A stretch of DNA of 64,000 nt from Sulfolobaceae archaeon (GTDB lineage: Archaea > Thermoproteota > Thermoprotei_A > Sulfolobales > Sulfolobaceae), in NCBI GenBank assembly GCA_038893355.1, contig JAWARQ010000002.1, positions 32,001 to 96,000 of the forward strand, written 5' to 3'. Made by a program: the position numbers and the translations under genes. Positions within the stretch are counted from its first letter, which is position 1. Each line of letters starts with the position of its first letter. Positions 37,472 to 45,875 of the stretch are shown here, one piece after another. The notes under the pieces were generated by a model. The model was not told the origin of the DNA. It made no database searches and worked only from the letters and a program-made list of their open reading frames with translations.

Positions 37472-38227
37472 TTATTCTAATATCATCTTAAATATATCTT
37501 CTAACGGCATAACTCTTATCCCTTTAGATGAGAAAAAGTTATTTATGTTTCTTAAATCTCGTTCTAATAATTCCTTCCAATTTTGGTGATCTATTGTTAT
37601 AGACTGACTAACATCAATGATGTAGGGCTTAGAATTATGAACTAACACATTGTACTCACTTAAATCACCATGAACCAGTTTTGCTACCTTTACCATTCTC
37701 TTTATTTGCTCGATAAGATCCATGTATAACTCTTGAGTTATTAAGTCTTCATTAACGTCTTTAAGTAAAGGTGCGCTAACTCCGTCCTCGCCTATAAATT
37801 CCATTACTAATACGTTCTCGAGGACTAAATAGGGCCTGGGTACTCTGACATCAGCGTCATAAAGTCTCTTTAAATTCTTAAACTCCTTTTTAGCCCACGT
37901 TGAGATTAAATGCCTAGTACTCTTCGGCCTAACCTCCATAAATCTAGGATCACCCATCATGTACTTCTTTACTGCCCTCTTATGTGAAGCAGTAGAAACA
38001 TAGTATACCTTTATAGCATACCAATTTTCTTTATCATCCATAGCTGGATAAACCTTTGCCTCCTTCCCTGAAGAAATTGCTCCAAAAATCTTAACAATAT
38101 TTAACCTCCTTGATATCTCAAATAAAATATTTTCAGTTCTTGGATCAATTGTTGAATCGACAACCTTTATAAGATCTTGATCCTTCCACCTCTTCTCGGC
38201 CTTTCTCTTACGTTCTGGAAACTTCAA
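37472..38227 (-). CDS. rio1: RIO1 kinase
   Basis: SSGKEAKVY, HGDLSEYN, IDVSQ. Confidence 0.94.
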   Translation of the reverse strand: MKFPERKRKAEKRWKDQDLIKVVDSTIDPRTENILFEISRRLNIVKIFGAISSGKEAKVYPAMDDKENWYAIKVYYVSTASHKRAVKKYMMGDPRFMEVRPKSTRHLISTWAKKEFKNLKRLYDADVRVPRPYLVLENVLVMEFIGEDGVSAPLLKDVNEDLITQELYMDLIEQIKRMVKVAKLVHGDLSEYNVLVHNSKPYIIDVSQSITIDHQNWKELLERDLRNINNFFSSKGIRVMPLEDIFKMILE

Positions 38228-38246
38228 ATAACCTTTCCCACCATTC

Positions 38247-38573
38247 TCAACTCTTACTTAAGGTTTCTAAAACATCCTTATCTACAACCTTTTCTTCTAT
38301 AAGTTTCTTTATCTCATCAGTACCATATTTATGAACTATATCGCACTTATTTTGTTGAAATTCCCATACTGCAACGAGAACAACATCACCTTCCCTTAAC
38401 CATACTCTTTTCCTCATCTTACCTGGTATTCTACCCATTCTTTCCTTACCATCAGCACAAATAACAATAGCATGATCTGCACCAACTAGCTTTTTAACTA
38501 CACATATCTGCTCGCCTTCGGCAGGCTTTAATACTTCTTTTGTATTTCGAATTGGCTCCTTTATTTTAGGCAA
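38247..38573 (-). CDS. eif1a: Translation initiation factor aIF-1A
   Basis: [11 protein letters not shown]. Confidence 0.93.
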   Translation of the reverse strand: MPKIKEPIRNTKEVLKPAEGEQICVVKKLVGADHAIVICADGKERMGRIPGKMRKRVWLREGDVVLVAVWEFQQNKCDIVHKYGTDEIKKLIEEKVVDKDVLETLSKS

Positions 38574-38645
38574 ATGATTCCCTATGTTTATACTATCATA
38601 GCTTAATATAAAAGAGTTTATACTACACTTTCACTTTTATAGAAA

Positions 38646-38719
38646 CAGTCTGGCGTTCAGTAATAAACCTTTTGGTCAAACCTCAAGCATAATCTCAACT
38701 AAGATTGCCACGTGGGCCC
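38646..38719 (+). repeat. Left 74-bp inverted repeat
   Basis: CAGTCTGGCGTTCAGTAATAAAC...CCACGTGGGCCC. Confidence 0.85.
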
Positions 38720-38727
38720 TATATAGG

Positions 38728-38858
38728 AGATAGTGTCACCACTAAGCTACAAAAATCCCTTTTACCCTATAACATTTCATGAAAAATTACATTTTACACC
38801 TCTACTCTATAAAGGGAATTTTCATACAATAATTTATAGCTTAATAGTGACACTATCT
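38728..38858. mobile_element. MITE-like element, 131 bp
   Basis: 26-bp terminal inverted repeats match 23/26 (AGATAGTGTCAC...GTGACACTATCT); no ORF. Confidence 0.7.
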
Positions 38859-38990
38859 GATTTTTTCTAATTAATTATAAATTATAATTAATATGTATAT
38901 ACTAATAAAATTTTAATTTAATATAAATTAATATGTATCTCTTCCCATTATCATTGCTCTTATGAAAATTCTTATACATCTATAATTCAC

Positions 38991-40133
38991 TTAACTCTTC
39001 TTTTCCTTTAAATATCCAAATAAGTAAGTTATGCCTGATATAAGGACAAAGATAGAGTCAAAATAAAATGGTAATGTATAGCTAGCATCATATAAATATC
39101 CAGAAATAGCATAGCCTATAATGCTACCCAAGTCTTGAGAAGCAGAAATAATACCAACTGCAGAACCCTTAATACTCACTCTTCTACCAATATACGCGGG
39201 CCAAAGTGTGTACAGTGCATTAATAAGAATTGCATTAATGAAAGCGATTAATATAATAACAAATATATTTTTAGAAAGATAAAATAATATTAATATTGAA
39301 GATATTATCAAATTGGCACCTATAATTAAAAATTCATGTAAATTTTTACCATAATTTCCCCATAACTGTGATGCTAAAATATTTCCGATACCAATCATTG
39401 TATAAGTTATACCCACATAACTTGCATTAAGATCTAAAATATCTACTACGAATAATGGAAAAACTATTTGAAATATGCCAAGTCCAATATATTCAAAAAA
39501 GTTACCTAATAAAACTATTAAAATTGATATATTTTTTAAATTTTGAAAATTTATATTATTATTCATCATGTTAATATTATAAACTTTTATATAATTTTTT
39601 AAAGAAAATAAAATTATTAAAGAAAATAATAAAATAATATTTACAAATAGAAAGAAAATTTTATGATTGAAGGTATATAATAGGGATCCAATTAAAGGTC
39701 CTATAGTAGTTGAGATGTAAGAAAGACTATTATATAATCCAAAAGCTTTCCTATATTCATCTTCTTTACTTATAGTCATGATATAAGCTATTAATGAAGG
39801 TCTAAGGAACGAAGTACCAATACCTTCTATCAATCTAACGAGAAATAGATACTGCCAAATCTCTATGAAGTCATAGATGATAAATGCAATTAAATAAAGG
39901 ATAAGTCCTAATAATAATATATTATACTTATTCTTAATATCGAATAGAAAGCCTGTTATCGGTTGAATAATTATCCTAACTATTACATAATTAACTACTA
40001 AAAGTCCTATAGTATAAGTAGGTGCCCCCAGATTTTGGGCGTATAGTGGGAAAATGATAAGAAATGAGAAAAACACAGTATTCACAAATATACTTACAAT
40101 AGAGAGCATTAATAGTACATGAAGTTTATACAA
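38991..40133 (-). CDS. MFS transporter (probable exporter)
   Basis: About 12 TM helices; G.LFD motif-A-like segment, RLIEGIG, IGPLIG. Confidence 0.88.
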   Translation of the reverse strand: MYKLHVLLMLSIVSIFVNTVFFSFLIIFPLYAQNLGAPTYTIGLLVVNYVIVRIIIQPITGFLFDIKNKYNILLLGLILYLIAFIIYDFIEIWQYLFLVRLIEGIGTSFLRPSLIAYIMTISKEDEYRKAFGLYNSLSYISTTIGPLIGSLLYTFNHKIFFLFVNIILLFSLIILFSLKNYIKVYNINMMNNNINFQNLKNISILIVLLGNFFEYIGLGIFQIVFPLFVVDILDLNASYVGITYTMIGIGNILASQLWGNYGKNLHEFLIIGANLIISSILILFYLSKNIFVIILIAFINAILINALYTLWPAYIGRRVSIKGSAVGIISASQDLGSIIGYAISGYLYDASYTLPFYFDSIFVLISGITYLFGYLKEKKS

Positions 40134-40136
40134 TTT

Positions 40137-41201
40137 CTAATCCCTTAGTGTTTTTGGACAAAATGGGTCTGGAGCGTAAATATCATTTAAGAAAAGGTAT
40201 GCAAATACCCTTGAACCACCTCTGCATTTCTCTACGAATTCACAACTTATACAAGGTTCTTTGAACCAATCATTCTGTCTAAACATATTAAGAGCAACAG
40301 AATTTTTCCATATTTTATCTATAGAATTTTCCCTTACATTATCAAATTTAATAACCCCTTCATAAAGTAATGTGTCTGCAGACTCCACTAAAGGTAAAAC
40401 GTAACCTTCAGGATTTATTATCATACCATAATATCCCCATATGTTAGGCTTAACTTTAAAGTAATCTTTAGCACGATTAATAATTTTAAAACTAATATGC
40501 CTATTATATTCTGCTTCTAAATCAGAAACAATTTCATTAATCTGTATTATTTCTTTAAATTTTGGAATAATCTTAGGATTCTTATAAGCGAAGCCTGCCG
40601 GCAAAACTGGCTGAATAATTAAAGCGTCTAGCTTCCTATATTTTGCATCTAGTTCAATTATTAATTTTAAAATTTTCTTTAGTTTCTCATATAAATTAGC
40701 ATAAATTGACAAATGAAATATTGCAGCCTTATGTTCTCCTTCTTTTTCTTTAAATAATATAATTTTTTTGTAAAAATATTCTAAATTTCTGAATATATTA
40801 TAATCATCACTATTGGCATATCTATATACATGTAGGCTTAATTGCATTAAATCTAGGTAATCTCTAATAATTTTAATGCCATTTTCATTTAATAATAATC
40901 CATTAGAGGAAAGAGCAGTAATCGTATTAAACGATTTAGCATATTTAATTAATTCAATTACACCCTCATATTTTAGAGGCTCTCCTCCAGTAAATATCAA
41001 AATTTTAGTACCTAGCTCAACCACTTGCTTAATTATAGATTTCCATTCCTCTATACTTAACTTTTTTCTATCCATATGAGTTGGGTTAAAACAATATGGG
41101 CATCTGAGATTACAGTCATAAGTTAATTGTAATTCTACAATATGTGGTATCTTTGGATCTAAAGATAATAATTTACTTTGATTTTGTAAAAAATCAAGCA
41201 T
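40137..41201 (-). CDS. Radical SAM/SPASM enzyme, PqqE-like, putative peptide maturase
   Basis: ELQLTYDCNLRCPYCFNP, FTGGEP, INPEGYVLP, CxxCxxxxxC...PDPFC. Confidence 0.88.
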   Translation of the reverse strand: MLDFLQNQSKLLSLDPKIPHIVELQLTYDCNLRCPYCFNPTHMDRKKLSIEEWKSIIKQVVELGTKILIFTGGEPLKYEGVIELIKYAKSFNTITALSSNGLLLNENGIKIIRDYLDLMQLSLHVYRYANSDDYNIFRNLEYFYKKIILFKEKEGEHKAAIFHLSIYANLYEKLKKILKLIIELDAKYRKLDALIIQPVLPAGFAYKNPKIIPKFKEIIQINEIVSDLEAEYNRHISFKIINRAKDYFKVKPNIWGYYGMIINPEGYVLPLVESADTLLYEGVIKFDNVRENSIDKIWKNSVALNMFRQNDWFKEPCISCEFVEKCRGGSRVFAYLFLNDIYAPDPFCPKTLRD

Positions 41202-41213
41202 GTTGTAAACCTT

Positions 41214-41366
41214 TTACAATTTTTCCAACGATATCGCTATAACTCCTATATATAATGAAGAACTGATAGGATTGTAATCTACTATATCTTTGTTTCTACT
41301 TAATTCTTTTTTAATCTCATAGACTTTATTTATAGTTATGAATTTAGTAGATAGGTTTCCTTGCAT
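41214..41366 (-). CDS. 50-aa putative RiPP precursor peptide
   Basis: ATG 41366 preceded by GGGGGA and an A-rich/TTTAAG promoter-like element; stop 12 nt before the rSAM start. Confidence 0.6.
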   Translation of the reverse strand: MQGNLSTKFITINKVYEIKKELSRNKDIVDYNPISSSLYIGVIAISLEKL

Positions 41367-41390
41367 TTTTATCCCCCAGATTATCTTTAA

Positions 41391-41411
41391 CTTAAACGGT
41401 TTTTTTTTTTT
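41391..41411 (-). promoter_or_regulatory. Putative BRE/TATA of the peptide operon
   Basis: A12-CCG-TTTAAG ending 24 nt upstream of ATG 41366. Confidence 0.45.
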
Positions 41412-41530
41412 AACTCTCAATAATTCTAAAAAGTTATCATAAATAACAGTTATTATGTCAATAAAATTTAAACACTTGTCATTAATACTAATATCATATA
41501 TAAACAATTTTTAATAAACCTTAAGAATTA

Positions 41531-41895
41531 CATTCCCGTAGACCCCAAATTCATCACCTCGAAAATAATTCTAGAGAGTTAAAAATTGGATAGAATAATT
41601 TAACTGAATATTCTTGAATCGTAGTAATATTACCTTACAAAACAAAATCAAGATAATTAGTAGTAAGCGGAAGTCCTCTTTGCTTGTTGTTCCCCTTGAA
41701 GAGTAGGTAAAGCGTGTAAATTAACATTGCCAAAGCGAAGATGAACAAGCGAACTAACCAACTCCTTGATGAGGTAAAGATGAGAAATGATTTGATTAGC
41801 TTGTAAGAAGTCTCTATTGGTGTCCTAACCTTGTCATACCAATTTATTACAATACTCCTATGCACGTCTAGGTTCGTCCCCTTGGCCAAGTACTC
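41531..41895 (-). pseudogene. ISH3-family transposase 3' remnant with frameshifts
   Basis: YDKVRTPIETSYKLIKSFLIFTSSR..RLFIF; frameshifted continuations KEDFRLLL and NSLELFSR*; 5' part absent. Confidence 0.75.
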
Positions 41896-42000
41896 TATAT
41901 AGGAAGTTGATTAGGATTGTATTGAGTGTTTGATATAATAATAAGCCTTACGAGCCTAAGTGATTGAGGAACCCTCCCCTAATCGCCACGTGGGCCCTTT

Positions 42001-42074
42001 AGACCCACGTGGTAATGTTAGCTTACACTATGCTTGAAATATGACCGAAAGATTTATTACTAAACGCCAGGCTG
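42001..42074 (-). repeat. Right 74-bp inverted repeat
   Basis: AGACCCACGTGG...GATTTATTACTAAACGCCAGGCTG. Confidence 0.85.
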
Positions 42075-42258
42075 CATAGAAATATCCAAACAACTTAATT
42101 GCTAATTTTTCGAAATTCTTTAGTATTAGTATATAGATAACAAGGGCTAATTAAAATTATAAATTATATTATATAATTAAAAAGATAAAAAATTATTTTA
42201 TTATTTTTAATTAAATTATGAATACATCTAAAAATTGAAATTTAATTTTAAAACTTTA

Positions 42259-42344
42259 CGCCGGGGGCGGGATTTGAACCCGCGCGGGGGAAACCCCCAG
42301 CGGCTTAGCAGGCCGCCGCCCTGGCCAGACTAGGCGACCCCGGC
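42259..42344 (-). tRNA. tRNA-Ser(GCT)
   Basis: GCCGGGG acceptor stem, GCGGC-CTGCTAA-GCCGC anticodon arm, long variable arm, GGTTCAAATCC. Confidence 0.94.
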
Positions 42345-42400
42345 AATATATCATATTTATTTACTCCTTAAAAACTCTTATTCACTTAGAATTGATTTCT

Positions 42401-42467
42401 TGTCATCTTCACAGAGGCGAGGGCTATCCATCTTCACCTTAAAGAAGCAAGCTTCCTGTCCTCAACC
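42401..42467. mobile_element. Possible degenerate IS200/IS605-family end
   Basis: GC-richer patch CAGAGGCGAGGGCTATCCATCTTCACCTTAAAGAAGCAAGCTTCC resembling remembered Sulfolobales IS605 ends; not verified. Confidence 0.35.
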
Positions 42468-42902
42468 CATATAGAACATTCCGATTTTGTAAGGATAAAT
42501 ATAAACTTACTAAACATCCCAAAATTTGGTTTAGTTTGCTAGGTGAGAAGTAAAGATATTTTATTCTAATCTTAACTTCTAGATGCTAAGGGTCAAGGAA
42601 CCAATGCTAAGAAATTCTATAAAACGCTCTTGAATATTCTTAAGAGCTCATAATTTTGATGAGAGAAAAACAATACCCAGAAGAGAACTTTACTTTATAA
42701 CGCGCTTAGAACTATAGTCATACATTAAAGAGATCTCTATACTATTCTATACTATTCTCTTGTTATAAATTTACCGTTGACGAAAAATTATATAATTACT
42801 ATACCTTAAGCTGTATTTTATCACTAGTTATTTGTAATTTTATAACAAATGCATGTTTAAATGCAATAAGATTTTTTATATTAGATATACAAAGCCCTAG
42901 TA

Positions 42903-43195
42903 ATGAGTCATGTGGATGAAATATTAAAAAAGAGATCATATTTTTAGAGCTATCTAATATAATGTCGATTAAAGAATATCGGATGATTAATTTAAAAGTT
43001 GTAAATAGCATACCTAAATTTTTAGATAACATTTTACCGAAAACCGTTAATAAGATTTTGATACTTTTACCATCGCAAATGTTAGGAGAGTGTAAAAAAG
43101 TAAAGGAAGAAGTGAATTTAATCAGAAAAGCAGAAGTAGTTTGTATTTATGGAATAGCGATTGATAAGGATACAATTTTGATTGGATTTTCATAA
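42903..43195 (+). pseudogene. Small hypothetical gene split by a -1 frameshift (pseudogene or recoded)
   Basis: TTTATA box ending 22 nt before ATG 42903; frame 0 stops after 14 codons; the -1 frame is open from A_AAA_AAG to 43195. Confidence 0.5.
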
Positions 43196-43304
43196 TTTTA
43201 ATTATTACTGTAAAAACTCTATAATGTTAGAATATATCCTGCTTAAAAAAATAGATGATTAAACACATATAAATTTTAAAAATTACTAGGTAAACTTTAA
43301 TCTG

Positions 43305-45875
43305 ATGATTAGGAGAAATTACAAGAAGCTTATTGAAGATATAAATTATTACCCTCTTATGGATTTAGAAGAATTAGGTTTTAAAATTTCTAAATTACCT
43401 TATTCTATTAAGATACTTATCGAAAATGTTTATAGAAATTTAGATGGGGAAAAGATTACTGAGGAAGATTTAGAAGCAATAGCAAATTGGAAAGTAGGAA
43501 AGGAGTTTGCATTCTTACCCAGTAGAGTAGTACTACAAGATTATACTGGTGTTCCGCTTTTAGTTGACCTAGCTGCAATGAGGTCCGAATTAAAGAGGAG
43601 AGGATTACCGGCTGATAAAATAAATCCAATAATTCCGTCTGACTTAGTAATAGATCATTCAGTCCAAGTTGATTATTATGGTACCAGTAAATCTTTGCTT
43701 TTAAATATGAAGAAAGAATTTGAAAGAAATCTAGAGAGATATAAATTCCTTAAATGGGCCCAATCGAGTTTTAAAAATCTTAGAGTAGTCCCGCCTGGGA
43801 ATGGAATTGTGCATCAAGTAAATTTAGAGTATCTAAGTAAAGTAATAGATGTTAGGGAATTTAATGGAGTAAAAATAGCATTCCCTGAAGTAGTTATAGG
43901 TACAGATTCCCATACTCCGATGGTTAATGGACTTTCAGTATTAGCATGGGGAGTAGGAGGATTAGAAGCAGAGGCTGTAATGTTAGGAGAGCCATATTAT
44001 ATGCAAGTACCGGAAGTCGTTGGAGTGAAACTAGTAGGAGAGCCGGTAGAAGGTGTTACAACTACTGATATTGTCTTATATATAACAGAACAGTTGAGAA
44101 AGAAAGGAGTTGTGAACAAGTTTGTAGAATTTTTCGGACCAGGTCTTTCTCTACTTTCAGTTCCTGAGAGAGCTACAATAGGAAATATGGCACCAGAATA
44201 TGGTGCAACAGTAGGATTTTTCCCAATAGATAATGAGACGTTGAAATATCTAGAAGCTACTGGAAGAAATTCTAAGATTGTTGAAATTTACTCAAAGGTT
44301 CAAGGACTATTCTATTCGTACGAACCAATTTATACTGAGGTCGTAGAAATTGACTTATCAAAAATAGAACCCTCAATTGCTGGTCCACGTAATCCGGATG
44401 AGAGAATTCCATTAAATAGAGCTAAAGAGACAGTATCTTCTTTAATTAGGAAAGAAAGAAGAGTATGTGGGGAGATATTTGATGGTGCAGTTGCACTGGC
44501 TGCAATAACTAGTTGCACTAACACCTCAAATCCTTCAGTATTAATAGGAGCTGGATTATTAGCTAAAAATGCAATAGCATATGGTTTAAGAACTAAGCCC
44601 TATGTTAAAACCAGTTTTGCCCCTGGCTCACCAGTGGTTGTTGAATATTTAAAGAATGCCGGATTATTGCCTTATCTAGAAGCTTTAGGATTCCATATAG
44701 TAGGATTCGGATGCACTACATGTATAGGTAACTCTGGACCATTACCAAAATCTGTCGAAGAGTGTGTAAAGAATAATGATATTCAAGTTTTTGGTGTTAT
44801 TAGTGGTAATAGAAACTTTGAAGGAAGAATCCATCCCCTACTAAAAGGTACTTTCTTAGCTTCGCCTATATTAGTAGTCGCATATGCATTAGCTGGAAGA
44901 ATAGATATAAATTTTGAAAAGGAACCTATAGGTTATACTCCTTATGGAGATCCAGTGTATTTAAGGGATATATGGCCTACACAATCTCAGGTCAAGGAGT
45001 ATATTAAACTAGCCTATGATCCTACGCTATATATTGAGAAATATAAGAGAATATTTGAAGGTGATGAAAATTGGAAATCCTTAGATGTACCTTTAGCCTC
45101 AGATACTTATAACTGGGATGAGAAGTCAACGTATATAAAGGAACCACCTTGGTTTTCTGGAATAATAAAGCCGATAAGTGATGATATAGTTAATGCCAGA
45201 ATATTATTACTTTTAGGCGATAAAGTAACTACAGACCACATTTCACCAGCAGGACCCATCTCTCCAGACTCGCCAGCAGGAAAGTTACTAATCGAAGCTG
45301 GAGAAAAAGATCTTAACACTTATGGCGCAAGAAGAGGAAACCATGAAGTAATGTGGAGGGGAGGATTTGCAAATCCAAAATTGAAAAATCTATTAGTTGA
45401 TAAAGAGGGTGGATTTACTATTCATTTCCCAAGTGGGAAAATTGCATCAGTATATGAGGTATCTGAAATATATAGGAAAGAAAATACCCCATTGGTAATT
45501 GTAGCAGGTAAGCAATATGGATCTGGAAGCTCAAGGGATTGGGCTGCCAAGGTTACTGCACTATTAGGTGTTAAGGCAGTTTTAGCAGAATCTTTTGAAA
45601 GAATACATAGAAGTAACTTAGTTGCAATGGGTGTGCTTCCGATACAAATTCCAGATTGGAGAAAGTTAGGAATTAAAGGTGATGAGTTAGTAAACATTAG
45701 AGGTTTAAAGAATCTTGAACCTAGGAAAGAGGTTGAGGTAGAATTCATAAGGCAAAATGAGTCTATAAAGATTAAAGGGATTGCATTAATAAATACGAAA
45801 ATAGAATTGGAGTACTTAAAGCAAGGTGGAATTTTAAACTATGTATTTAAAAAATTCTTAGATGTTAAGGGCTAG
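43305..45875 (+). CDS. acnA: Aconitate hydratase A
   Basis: QDYTGVP, DHSVQVD, SCTNTS, CTTCIGNSG, GSSRDWAAK. Confidence 0.97.
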   Translation: MIRRNYKKLIEDINYYPLMDLEELGFKISKLPYSIKILIENVYRNLDGEKITEEDLEAIANWKVGKEFAFLPSRVVLQDYTGVPLLVDLAAMRSELKRRGLPADKINPIIPSDLVIDHSVQVDYYGTSKSLLLNMKKEFERNLERYKFLKWAQSSFKNLRVVPPGNGIVHQVNLEYLSKVIDVREFNGVKIAFPEVVIGTDSHTPMVNGLSVLAWGVGGLEAEAVMLGEPYYMQVPEVVGVKLVGEPVEGVTTTDIVLYITEQLRKKGVVNKFVEFFGPGLSLLSVPERATIGNMAPEYGATVGFFPIDNETLKYLEATGRNSKIVEIYSKVQGLFYSYEPIYTEVVEIDLSKIEPSIAGPRNPDERIPLNRAKETVSSLIRKERRVCGEIFDGAVALAAITSCTNTSNPSVLIGAGLLAKNAIAYGLRTKPYVKTSFAPGSPVVVEYLKNAGLLPYLEALGFHIVGFGCTTCIGNSGPLPKSVEECVKNNDIQVFGVISGNRNFEGRIHPLLKGTFLASPILVVAYALAGRIDINFEKEPIGYTPYGDPVYLRDIWPTQSQVKEYIKLAYDPTLYIEKYKRIFEGDENWKSLDVPLASDTYNWDEKSTYIKEPPWFSGIIKPISDDIVNARILLLLGDKVTTDHISPAGPISPDSPAGKLLIEAGEKDLNTYGARRGNHEVMWRGGFANPKLKNLLVDKEGGFTIHFPSGKIASVYEVSEIYRKENTPLVIVAGKQYGSGSSRDWAAKVTALLGVKAVLAESFERIHRSNLVAMGVLPIQIPDWRKLGIKGDELVNIRGLKNLEPRKEVEVEFIRQNESIKIKGIALINTKIELEYLKQGGILNYVFKKFLDVKG

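Larger units (their letters stand above)
38646..42074. mobile_element. Putative non-autonomous transposon/cargo element carrying the peptide-rSAM-MFS operon
   Basis: 38646-38719 and the reverse complement of 42001-42074 align ungapped at 59/74; flanked by TATAGAAA (38638-38645) and CATAGAAA (42075-42082). Confidence 0.65.

Noticed and set aside
38628-38651. Minus-strand CTATAAAAGTGAAAG resembling the end of a Sulfolobales CRISPR repeat
   Set aside because: Single degenerate copy, no array periodicity and no cas genes in the window
38871-38891. Palindrome TTAATTATAA-A-TTATAATTAA
   Set aside because: Pure A/T in extremely AT-rich DNA; likely chance
40137-41201. Calling the rSAM pqqE and the locus a PQQ operon
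   Set aside because: No pqqB/C/D, no ExxxY precursor, and the SPASM Cys pattern differs
42002-42045. Short reading HVVMLAYTMLEI* in the right arm resembling a transposase C-terminus
   Set aside because: Too short to support; kept only as an alternative origin for the arms
38574-42344. Integrase-type island with an att site in tRNA-Ser
   Set aside because: No integrase fragment and no repeated tRNA segment visible at the left boundary
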